DNA of 64,000 nt, from positions 23,312,001 to 23,376,000 of the forward strand of contig CM106585.1 of assembly GCA_048013815.1 (NCBI GenBank), given 5' to 3'. The notes under the pieces were generated by a model, which saw nothing but the letters and a program-made list of their open reading frames with translations, had not been told where the DNA came from and did not search any database. Every line of letters begins with the position of its first letter. Positions within the stretch are counted from its first letter, which is position 1. The stretch comes from Setoptus koraiensis (Eukaryota > Animalia > Arthropoda). Both the position numbers and the translations under genes were made by a program. Below, in pieces: positions 52,131 to 64,000 of the stretch.

Positions 52131-52293
52131 AAACGCACATCGACAAAGCCACAACAAGCAATAGATATTTGTAACAACAAATATTTGTAAACACACACAC
52201 AAGCAAAATAGTTTCAATTCAAAATAATAATAATTACACATAACTTAACAAGCTTCAGCAAATTATCATCAAAACAACAAATAACAAATCAAA

Positions 52294-54920
52294 ATGCATT
52301 CATTGTCATTCGTAAGTTTCGGCCACTTTGAATATTATCATTGCCACTATATCATACTATTATCATGCTATTTGATTCGATCACATAGCTCCATCGTGTT
52401 GAAGACTAGCAATTGTCGTCGCGCCGTAGTCTAGTTATGTCAGTCTGACAGGTAGAATAGATGGAATCAAATGTTAGACAGTCATCCAATTAATTAAAGC
52501 AGACGTAGCTCGTTCAGGCCAGTTTCATGCTCGGTTTCGGCCTCAGTTTCAGCCTCAGTTTCAGCCTCAGTTTCAGCCAGCTCAGTAGCCACTAACTCGA
52601 TCAGCATTAGCAATCTTTCCTTTCTGGATCAATCATATGACATATGGCATATGATATGATTTGGAAAATATACTCACTAATACTCGTATCGATGTCACCC
52701 AAAACAAACAACTAATCCCATCTTCATCTTCATCTCCATTCCATCGTCACCACTACACGACAAATAATAAATGTGTCAATATTGTCACTACTGTCATCGA
52801 ATACCAACCAACAGACTACCGCCTGTTGCGTGGCACTATGCTTGACCACTAGCTTCCTATTGGCCAATGGTCAATACAAAACCTCGTCGCCATACCAACA
52901 AAGAAAAATGGCCCCAGTGCCAGCATCTTATGCGCCAGCAGCACCAGCAAATGACTACGGACAACAAGAGCAAGGATACGGACAACAAGCAGCCAAATAC
53001 TCAGCACCATCATCAGCATCCACATCACAATACGACGAACGTCAACAATCGGCCTCATACGGAGCCCCAGCAAAGGCCTCATACGGAGCAGCTAGCCAGG
53101 GATACGGAAAACAGAAATACGAGGAGCCACAAGTAAGTAGACGCGCATCATCTTGACTTGAGTAGTTTGACTCGATTGTTTTGACTCGATTGTTTTGACA
53201 TTATGTTGACACGCAATCAAGTGTTGTAGTGACAAGCATCAAGTTGAATGTTAAAGTGTCGCAGTGACACTTTAACATTGTTGCGCAACGTATTTAAAAC
53301 ATGACATAAAGCGACATGACAGTTCATGGGGGAGTAAGTGTGCCAAAATGATTAAAATGTGACGCCGTTCATCATTTAAGTGTTCGCTAATGGCAGCCGC
53401 ATCCATTCTATTGAAATGAATAAATTAGAATGAATGCGGCGATGATGCCCATAATCATCATTAGCATCATTGCCGCGTTACCGTTATGCAGCAACGAACG
53501 CATTATATAATGCAACGCAAACATTTTATTGCCATCCATCGTATTGATGGCAGTGCAATTAATATGTGTGACAATATGCATGCACCTACATGCACTGTAA
53601 TAACACCATGACGTAATTAAGCAAAATACTCAGCTGATGATCAGATTTTGGTGGTTGTTGTTGTTGTGGTATGCGTATGCACAATAACAACAACAGCACC
53701 AACAACAACAACAACTGCAGCAAGTGCAACAAGAATGATCGCAAATTGTAACCATACCACTATAAAAAAGATTACTTGTTGTTTAGTTACACTAATAGCT
53801 AGGTAGTTGTGCTGCTGGTTAGCCACTTGAAGACATGGCAAGCTGAGCGGACATGGCAAGCTAGTGACCAGGAACTTGTAACTGGCAGTTAGCCGGTGTT
53901 AGTGGAGCTAGCCGCGAGCTGCAATAAACGCTGCAATCAGATTAAATCAGATTTGATATTGGATTGGATTGATCACGACGATCGAGCGGCGGCATAGATT
54001 GGGCAACATTGATCGGGCAACATTGATCGGGCAACATTGAGGAAGCAACAGGTAGTTTGCATCATAGTAATTAATGCCAACATGATTGTCCATCGCTTGT
54101 TGAGCTTTCACTCAGCCGAGTGGCTCCACTCAGTTGGGCTCAATGAATCTGCTCCTTCGTGGCACCAATCAACTAACTAAAATTATCGCCATTACACACA
54201 CACACTTAGCTGGTGAATATATAATTTGCATCACATAAATATCATGAGACAGCAAACATATCGTAATCATATAGGTACGTTATATGAGCGGCCGAGATTA
54301 GCTATGAGACCGCAGGACGCGAGACCGTGAGATAATTAGATCAGTGGCACTCACTGTGAATAGAGGAACCGGGTGTGACGTTGGCGAGAAGAGAATCACA
54401 ATTAGAATCATCGGCTAATTAGTTGCTAATCCGTTGTTTGTTGGCCAGCACAATATGTGTACGGCATGAATATGCGAGCGGCATGAATATGCGGACAGTG
54501 CAAATATGCGGACAGTGCAAATATGCGGACAGTGTAAATATGAGCGCTGTATAAATATGAGTTTTTGCTCATTTTGCTTGGGGCTCTCTCAAACAAAATC
54601 ACTAGCGCAGCGAGTTGTTGTTTGGCGAACGGGCCAAATCTGATCAGTGATCGTATTATATAATATAATGTATTTGCCCGTTCAGATATTCAACTTTCAA
54701 TGATAGATGATGAACTGATAGTTTTAATTGCATGTTGTCATATCCGTATTACCGTTATGCAGCCAGAGCCAGAGTCAGAGTGAGAGCCACAGGTGAGTCA
54801 CTGCTGGCACTTGACAGCGCTGGCAGCGGCATGACACTTGGCTCATCATAACACTTGCTTGATTGTTAATCATCGGCACACTACGCCTACGCAAATATTG
54901 TTGCTGTGATGTAATTATTC

Positions 54921-54961
<41 letters not shown>

Positions 54962-56178
54962 AATGATGACAAGCAGTCGCTGCCGCACTAATTATTAAAT
55001 TAATAATTAAATTAATAATTTCACTTGGCCGAGTTTTTTAACAATCAGCATTTAATGCATTTGTTAGCAAATAAGCACAATAACTGGCCGAGGAGCGACA
55101 TTAAGCGCACTTGTTATTGTTGTTGTTGCTGTTGTTGTCAAGTGTTTGTGAGTTGTCATCTCGACACTCGCTCCATGCAAGTTGCGTAACATGGCCTGTG
55201 TTTGATGCGAACGGGCCAATGGGCCAGACGGTGCCCGGCGAGTCGTGCCAGCGCATAGGAGATAATATTAAGATAACACAGAGATATCAATCGCGAACTG
55301 TCGAGCGATACAAAACGATAGCAGCGATAACAACAGCGACTGTCCAGTGGTGATAACAGTGACGACTGTCCAATAATGATGGCCATAATGGCGACAATAA
55401 CCACAAACATGTTTCAGTTATATAATAATTGACTAATCGCAATAATGGCAACAATTAACCTTGCTCGCATGCGCTAAATACTCGCATCGTTTGCATCATT
55501 GCTTGCCCCCTCTACCCTCTATCGCTGCAGTACCCACCAATGCCGTTCGCCTGGGGCTACGACATCAACGACGGATACGGAGGCGCCCAATACCACAAAG
55601 AGAACGGTGACGAGTACGGAAAGCGTACAGGTAGCTACGGTTACACCGACGCGTACGGAATTTACCGCCAGGTTGACTATGTTGCCGACGAATACGGTTT
55701 TAGAGCAACAATCAAAACCAACGAGCCAGGTACCGCCAACGAGAGCCCGGCCGATGTAGATTTACATGCCTACGAGCCACCAAGCAACTACTACGCCGGC
55801 AACACTCAATCCTATGGATCATCATCGGGCGCAGCGCCGTCGTACGGATCATCGTCGGCATCATCGTCGTCATCTTACCAGCAAGCCGCACCAGCAAAAC
55901 CAGCCAGCTCTTACGCAACAAAATCGGCATCTAGTTACTCGTCGGGCGGCTCATCGTCGTCATATGCCCCAAAGATGCAACAACCCAGCGCCTACCAGCG
56001 TAGCCAATACTCGTCGCCTGCCGCAAGTTATGCTCGTCAGCCATCGCAAGCCTCTTACCAGCAACCCATGTACCAACAGCAGCAGCAACAAGATTATGCT
56101 GGCTCCGTTTTGGTGCCAGTATATCAAAAATTGGGCTCAGCACCAAACAAGAAAATACATGCAACTCGCCATATTTAA
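52294..56178 (+). CDS. Cuticular protein with Rebers-Riddiford chitin-binding domain (chelicerate type), 327 aa
   Basis: Exons 52294-52311 (MHSLSF), 52815-53132 and 55531-56178, all GT..AG and phase 0 (984 nt). Signal peptide across exons 1-2. Domain YPPMPFAWGYDINDGYG...GSYGYTDAYGIYRQVDYVADEYGFRATIKTNEPGT, flanked by S/A/Y/Q-rich segments. Confidence 0.92.
54464..54561. repeat. 17-bp degenerate minisatellite (core AATATG), ~6 units, in intron 2 of the cuticle gene
   Basis: gcatgaatatgcgagcg / gcatgaatatgcggaca / gtgcaaatatgcggaca x2 / gtgtaaatatgagcgct / gtataaatatgag. Confidence 0.85.
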
Positions 56179-59100
56179 ACAACTATCTCCAATTAACTAT
56201 TTTCAACTTTTTCCAACACACACCACTTATGGAATTCACTTAATTTTTATAGAAAACATTTTTTTATACTTTATGCACTTGTTCACAATGTTTAAAACAA
56301 TTTTCAAAACAAAAACATAAAAAAAAGAAACACACAAGCACTACCAAGTAAAACTGGTGTACAAATTGCTCCGCTATCTCTCTGTTTACAATTGCACACA
56401 TTCCAATAATATTCCAATGATATTCCAATGATATTCCGAAGATATTGCATGCATCCATTACGTAACATGTTGTTACATGCATATCATGTATCAGCTAATT
56501 GTTGCGCCGCTGCCGGTCATCGTGCTCATCGCAACCGATAATTCAGCGGCTCACCGATAGGGCCAACCAAATACTAGAGTGAATGCCAACATACTGACAC
56601 TTGTGATTGCGATATTTCAGTATTGTAAACGAACTGTTGTACTGAAATACTGACGCTAAATGGTGGGCATCGCAAGCAACAAGTGACACCATCATAACAG
56701 ATTTGTGTATGATTGATGTATCACAAGCAACAAGCAACAGGTAACAAGCAACAACAACAAACGACGGCCAACAAGTGCATTCAACTATTCAGCGACACAC
56801 ACAGGCAAACAGTTTGAGCTTGCCCAGGTAATACCGCCACCATAATCGTAATTATCATCATGGTTTTACTATAACCGTTACAAAGTTATATAAGCCATGA
56901 GCAAACACTTGTTAGTGTGCAACCAATAAAGTAGCAAGGTGCAGCTAAAGTGTATAAATGAAAGGGTAACCAACGCACAAAAGTCACACATGGTGGCAAC
57001 AATCGCAACCAATGGCTGACCAATGGTCGATCACTGTAGCTAACGAGCGAAACTGACACAGGTGAAACAATCAAAAACAATCTCAACTCAACAACGGCCA
57101 GCTCCATCACAGCGACATAATGTTTTCCTTGGCTCGATCTACTTTCACTTTGTGTGTTTCGCCAGCTATTGTTACGTAACAACACAAACAAACACAATTA
57201 TTCAGCGCCATGCACTTGTTGCGCCGATGAGATGATTCGGGCGTCCAACAACAATGCCCACCTTATTAAACGAGTGTTGGCTATCGCGCACTGACCGGTC
57301 CAATATTCGCACAGAGTCGATATGATCGATGGTGGCAATAATCACAAATATAATCATAAATATAATCGCCAATATAAGCGCAAATATAATCGCGACTATA
57401 ATAATATAATAATCATCGATATAATCACGAGCTCAGATTGATTGATCGAGCGACAGCATTACTCAATCAAAGCCATTGTATATCTCATAATGTAGTGTGA
57501 ACATTATTGATACAATACGTGGTAATTAATAATAATATGTTTGACCACATATCATTATTAATGTTGCTTGTTTGTAGTCGTTTATTGTTAGCTGTAATTT
57601 GCGAATAATTTCTCATTTTTATTAGTGGCTCGGTGTGTGTTCGTCAACTTTGACGATATCATGGTCTTGCTATTATTATTATGGTATCGTTATTGTGTTG
57701 TTGCGGCGCTCGTTCTTTTGTTATTATTGAATTATTAAGCTGGCCAGCCTAAACAACATGATAATTATTATCGACAGCAGTGCGTGGTTAGTGTTTGCAG
57801 AAAGAACACAATAATTAGAGGTTAATCTGTTGGTACGAGCCCTCTTTTCTTCTCCTTTTCTCCGAGTGCGGCCTTGTTTTCCTCACTGCAAAGTTTAGTT
57901 TTTGAATAGCAGCAACAACGACAACCACTACAGAGCTCATTAGTACAATTACTGAGCTAGTTGGTCGCGAAGGAGCAGATAACAAGTGCAGGGCGAGGGT
58001 GTCACTTGTTGTACACTTTATACAGTGGCAAGATGTTGTTGCTGTTCCGCTTCATGTTGTTACATTTTAATTACGCGTGCCAAGCAACCTAATAACATAA
58101 CAAGCAGTGTAATTAGTTGACTTACGCCTAGTTGTACTCGATAACGATGATTACAAATATCAATAACAATAACAACAACAACCACAGCAGCAACAGCAAC
58201 AACAAAATGATGCAACCGTATAGATGTAATTAAATAATTACATGACACACACCTATACACATACACCATGATATGGTATTATAATTATAATATTACATAA
58301 TATAAGTGAGACATATAATTGATAATAAAAAATGTCAGTGCCACTCCATTCTTCTTCGTATGAATTCTTTGCTGCTGCACGCTGGCTGCATTTTGTTGGT
58401 TGTCATGCAATCATTGTATTGTCTATCTGCAAAGTGCACTTTTAATGCTTGTCTTGCCTGGTGTTGTTGCTGGCGAGGAAATGCTCTATTATACAAATGT
58501 CACTGCCGATTGACGACAGTCGACAAACGCCAGTCGACAACTTTTCAGCAGCTTGTTGCTCATTCAATTAAGGAATTAAAAAGAAAGAAAATTCTCGCTC
58601 TCTCCTATTTATTGTATCTTTGTTTATAGCTGGTCTCGTTGAGTCGGCCTGTCATCAAGGTGTCTGATATAAATTGTGATTGTGATATAAAGTCATAATG
58701 ATGAATTAATCATTTGAGCCGCATGTGCAACAGCAACAGTGAGCTGCCGGTCAATATTAATATCTATTGTTGTAGCGCAACTGTTGCTGCATGATATATT
58801 AACAATGTTGCATGATCAATTGCGATAAGGTCGACAAATTATGAAAACAATGATCACAAGTCTCTTTAGGTGTGCTCCAACTGGCGAGCAAAAATTATAT
58901 GATATTCGTGAGCGAAAATACCTGCTGCTATAGCTGCCACAATAAATTATGTAATATTCAACTTGGGTTGTTGTACTTGACGTTGCATTAGCTGCTGCTG
59001 TTGCAATTGTTGACATTATTGTGTTGTTGCATATGTTGTGTTTGTAGGCATAGATTTGTGTAGGCATTCTGCAAGATGCTCAACAACAAACATAAAGCAC

Positions 59101-61351
59101 ACAGCAACATTTATGCAAATAATGAGCATGCCGTGCTAATTAATAAAGTTGCACACTTAATTTGTTTATTTTAATTTAGTGCAATTTGGTCGACAGAGAA
59201 GAACGCTCTCGGAGGTGGCCCCAAAATAAAGAAGCGTCTGTTGTGTTTGTTTAAAAGTGTTTGTCAGCAGCACTTCCTAGACGACAAACGAGCGTAGTAT
59301 TGCACACACACACACACGCACACACAATTGAGAGTTGATTGGACACGTCAAAACTCGAGCAAAAGATTCAATGTTGTTGTGTTGCTTTCATAAATTTCAA
59401 TTGTGCTACTATACTTAATGGGGTCAGCTGGGCGACATTGTTCTTGTTGGCGAGCCAAAAAGCCATAGGAGAGAGGATAAATTGTTAGATTTAACAGCAA
59501 CTTTTCGGTCACTTTTCAAAGCGAGCTGCTCGTTCGTCTACAGCCGGTTGGCACTGGCATCAGACAGCAAGAAACATTGAAAGAGTCGTTGTTGTTGTCG
59601 TTGTATCATACATCATAGTGTCAGTCCGTGCTTGTATTTATACGAATATCTTCATCGTATGAATGTTGTTATATTTATATGTGTAATGTCCATATAAATG
59701 TTGCGCTAGTAAGTGAGCGAGCGAGCGAGAAAAGAATGTCCTGTTGCGATGTTATAAAAGCGGAAAGAGATTGAGGAAAGAGACGTCGTTGATGAGGAAC
59801 AACAACAATGCTGCAACTGTGACTACAATGATGATGGCAACAAAAGACAACAGACTCACTTCCTTCATTTTAGCCATGTGTTATAATTATGTCATGATGT
59901 AACGTGATGTGATTTAACCATGCTGACCATCTGCTTGCGTAACAGCGCCCAATGCTCATCGAGGCAACTGCCGGCCAACTGACTGGACAACAACAACACA
60001 AAATTAACGGTATATTATTGATGCACAATGCAAAATTATGTGTGTGTAATTGTACGATTATCTGTCTGTTGTAATTGCTCATATGTATGGCGACTTACAA
60101 CTATTTTCCAGCTCATATTAAACTACAACTTACCGTGCTTATGTAGTGGTAGTAGTTTAATATGAGCATAACCTTGATAGATACGCCGATATACAATATA
60201 AAGAATTACAAATATAAAGAAAGAAAGTGTTTGTTTGGCATTCATTCAGCAAATAAAACAACTCTGACTGCAACCTGATCGAATTCAGTTCAATCGATGT
60301 AATCGGCTGGTAAAGATGAGAATTACAGCAATCAAATTGAGTCAAATGGTCCACTTGAGCGCAACTCATCATCACTTAACTGTACATATTTGATGGTAGA
60401 TGGAATAGGAAACTTATGTTAGATTTCACTGTCATTATTGTTCGAGCATGCGGATATATTAAATTCAGTACCATTTCATATTCATTCATTGTTCACCGTT
60501 ACTCAATACATTACTAATATTTACTTGTAATAACAACTCTGCCAGATCCAATCAGACCAAACCAATTGCCCACCAATATATTTATATATACAGCTTAACA
60601 CCACCTGTCGCCAAGCAAACACGGTCAAAGTTCAACATAACATTTTGAATCATCTAATTCAGTCTAACATCTTGCACCAATCGCTTGCAGCTACATGATA
60701 AGTTAGTCTAAATAGATACAAATTCAACCAAATTTATTTGGCGTTAAATTTCTACTTATTTCGCTCATTTCCAGATACCCATATTCTAAAGTTGTGAGGG
60801 TCTTTTCAGAGAGAGATTCACTATTTCTACACATATCTGAATCTCAATTCAACTCAATTCCTTCTCAATCTGTGGCTTTTGCAACTAAAACTCAACTCCA
60901 CTCGATAATAAGAAAAGTTGATAATCGTGCTCACTTAACGGTCGCTCAGTGATCACAGTCAGCATGTGTTTTGGCGATACATTGTAGATTGAGCGTTCGC
61001 ATAAACACAAAATAAGCCTCATCAGATAAGCACAAATACAATGGATAGTTCAATGGATTGTTCACTTGTTTGACAATGTGTCAGATCTTATACTTGAATC
61101 TTATATATATTTAAGGTGATTAGAGTGTGCAAATATACATGTGCGTGGCATGTATATATAAATACATTATTTTCATACTTGAAAAATATCCGATTCGAAA
61201 GTTCTAGTAAGTTTTGCTAAATGCCGGTGAGCCAGTAAGAGTTACAAACAAAGAAACTTAAATTGTGACCAAGTAGTCAACTCCCACTGATGGCCAACTA
61301 TTACGAAAATAACAAACTTTTCTTGTTGGAGAGGCGAGAAATTATACAGTT

Positions 61352-61851
61352 NNNNNNNNNNNNNNNNNNNNNNNNNNNNNNNNNNNNNNNNNNNNNNNNN
61401 NNNNNNNNNNNNNNNNNNNNNNNNNNNNNNNNNNNNNNNNNNNNNNNNNNNNNNNNNNNNNNNNNNNNNNNNNNNNNNNNNNNNNNNNNNNNNNNNNNNN
61501 NNNNNNNNNNNNNNNNNNNNNNNNNNNNNNNNNNNNNNNNNNNNNNNNNNNNNNNNNNNNNNNNNNNNNNNNNNNNNNNNNNNNNNNNNNNNNNNNNNNN
61601 NNNNNNNNNNNNNNNNNNNNNNNNNNNNNNNNNNNNNNNNNNNNNNNNNNNNNNNNNNNNNNNNNNNNNNNNNNNNNNNNNNNNNNNNNNNNNNNNNNNN
61701 NNNNNNNNNNNNNNNNNNNNNNNNNNNNNNNNNNNNNNNNNNNNNNNNNNNNNNNNNNNNNNNNNNNNNNNNNNNNNNNNNNNNNNNNNNNNNNNNNNNN
61801 NNNNNNNNNNNNNNNNNNNNNNNNNNNNNNNNNNNNNNNNNNNNNNNNNNN
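61352..61851. other. Scaffold gap of exactly 500 N
   Basis: A round-number N run, typical of a placeholder inserted during scaffolding. The ORFs listed across it are artefacts. Confidence 0.97.
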
Positions 61852-62132
61852 GGAAGATGCACTACCCATGCCCATGTACCAAACATTAGTGACGCTGTTG
61901 TATAAAACGAAGAAATTTCAAACACGTGTTGCCATTCTGACAGTCTTCCAGACAAAATCGTCAGACATCGATCAACAAAAGGAATTATTGAAAATTATTT
62001 GAGGTCCATTCAAGCACGAAATTGCCATCTTTTCTCCAAAATCATCACCTGACGCACTCACACATCCTATATGAGATCAGCATCAAGCAAAGTCAAACAA
62101 CGGTTAAAGTCAGTAAAGCAAACATTTTCATC

Positions 62133-62462
62133 ATGTCTAAATATCTACCAATGATTGTCTTGTTAGCCGTGTTGGTCATGGCCTCTAACCAATCAAACCA
62201 GCAACCGTCAATCACTCTAAACAATCGTGGAATCACTATAACCAATAGTTCAATCCAACTCACCAACGTCGCCAACTCAAAAATATGTGTTGGCGACTTT
62301 AGTTGTAGCAACATTCCAATTTCACCAAATGTTTACCAGACAATCGCTGAGGGCATAAAAAATTTATATCAATTGTTCATATCTAATACGACAACATTAC
62401 ATGAGATGGCGCGGTTAAACGGGACCCGGACTTTCGATCCAGCAACATCCAGCGACACCTAG
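62133..62462 (+). CDS. Small secreted orphan protein (109 aa)
   Basis: ATG at 62133 (the ORF track starts upstream at a TTG). Signal peptide MSKYLPMIVLLAVLVMAS, one Cys pair, N-x-S/T sequons (NSS, NTT, NGT) and AATAAA at 62477-62482, 15 nt after the stop. Confidence 0.65.
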   Translation: MSKYLPMIVLLAVLVMASNQSNQQPSITLNNRGITITNSSIQLTNVANSKICVGDFSCSNIPISPNVYQTIAEGIKNLYQLFISNTTTLHEMARLNGTRTFDPATSSDT

Positions 62463-64000
62463 GATATTTCCTAATCAATAAAACAGTATCTCCGGTCAAA
62501 TTACTGTGTCTCAAAATTTCTGTTCGTATTTATCTGGCCGTTGGTTCAATTCAATTTCATTTCCAGTTTTTTTCGTCTATTTGACAAATTGTTTCACCAT
62601 TGTTTGATTGCTCAACTATCTAATATGTATAAATGATGATTGTGGAAAGAAATCTCACAATTCAGCTGTGTGTTGTTTATATCCAGCCGCTTCGCCGGTG
62701 GAAATAGTGATCGTATTAGTTGAACATTAGAAAATATTCAACAGGCAACAAGTCACTTGAGCATAAGTAATACATAATATTACGTAATATTTGTCGCATA
62801 ACCATTTATGTGTGTGTTTGTGCGTTTATCCGACTAACAGAAACAAGATACTTGAAGTTGACGACACAAGCCATTGCTCAACGGATGGCTACTTAAGATT
62901 ATGTTAATTAGTCATGTTTAGGTTGAAATGCGAAGGAAAGCGCTTCCGAAGACTGCACTGCGAATCGTAGGTCTTTCAACACGTAACTCACATTGAATTT
63001 ATAGTTGTTTGGTCGGTTGAACATGAAAGATGATCCATCAATCACTTTTGAATAACATAACAACAACTTAATTTGATTTTATTGATAAATACAACGACTC
63101 AATGATTATAACAACTAAAATAATGATAGTGATGAACTGACTCTACAGCGCGGATAAACTCACAGCTAGAGATTTTGATAAAAACACACACACACACATC
63201 CCAGCGATACTTGTAATTTTTATAAATCCTAATTGATATCATCCAGCGCAAATCCATGAGCTTGTCTAGTAAATACGAAGACAAATAGTTACTATGACTC
63301 GAGCGATCACATACACGTCCTGTTGTCGTATGTTGTTGGATCTTGTGGCAGCAATGATAGCTTAAGATATTCGCAATGTCTTAAAATATGGGACGAATTA
63401 TTATTTTCAGTTATCATTAGTTTGTGTTGTGTGTCTCAAACAGGTAAAAGTTACAGCTCGCTGCCAGTCACAAATTAAAAGGATTGAAAAAACACACAAG
63501 TGAAATTAATTATCTACAGGTGATTATATGGTAGCATCGGGAGAACAAGAGACGAATTTTCACCTCGCTTATCGGGCATTCTTCACAACTATACTATTAT
63601 GGTATAAGCCATATTTTAAATAACTACATCATTAATTGTGCATTGTGGCATGGCTGCGAATAAATTATAATACTTATATGGAGAGATAATTCATTTCCAA
63701 TCGACAACCACAACACCAACAGCACACGATGATACGATTCATAATTACATAACATTATTAACATAAGGGTTCATTATTATTGGACTGATATCCCAACAGT
63801 GTTATTATTTTATTATAGTGATATTGCATATTTGAACTATCCACACGAACACAATCTTCGAATGTTGATTTTAAAACAAATCATTAGTCATCATTTAATT
63901 TCAATTTCTTAATTAGCTAAATATGTTATGATCAATCAAGATAAAGCCATGAGCATTCAAGTTTGTAACGCTAATGAGGCATCTGAAATACAAAAGACAA

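Noticed and set aside
61242-61955. Long ORFs spanning the N run
   Set aside because: Artefacts of translating Ns as X.

Overview
Eukaryotic genomic DNA with GT-AG introns (mostly 60-400 nt), TATA boxes, microsatellites and poly-Q/N/T-rich proteins. A chelicerate-type chitin-binding cuticle protein suggests a mite or other chelicerate, but the taxon is an inference. Well-supported genes: a secreted neprilysin (M13) that appears to lack its whole central helical lobe (1973-3812 +), a ~1856-aa Corin-like type II transmembrane serine protease (8320-14910 +), a BTB-BACK-Kelch gene (16603-18329 +), a cathepsin F-like cysteine protease (25028-26701 +), the bHLH factor Fer3/FERD3L (36533-37639 -) inside ~25 kb of non-coding DNA, and a Rebers-Riddiford cuticle protein (52294-56178 +). 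Three small intronless secreted-protein ORFs have no family I can recognise (5088-5426 -, 15590-15955 +, 62133-62462 +). The first 7.4 kb is a mosaic of local duplications, including a deleted copy of the Corin 5' region. A 500-N scaffold gap lies at 61352-61851. I found no rRNA, tRNA, CRISPR array or identifiable transposase/RT. All gene models were spliced by eye and no database searches were run.
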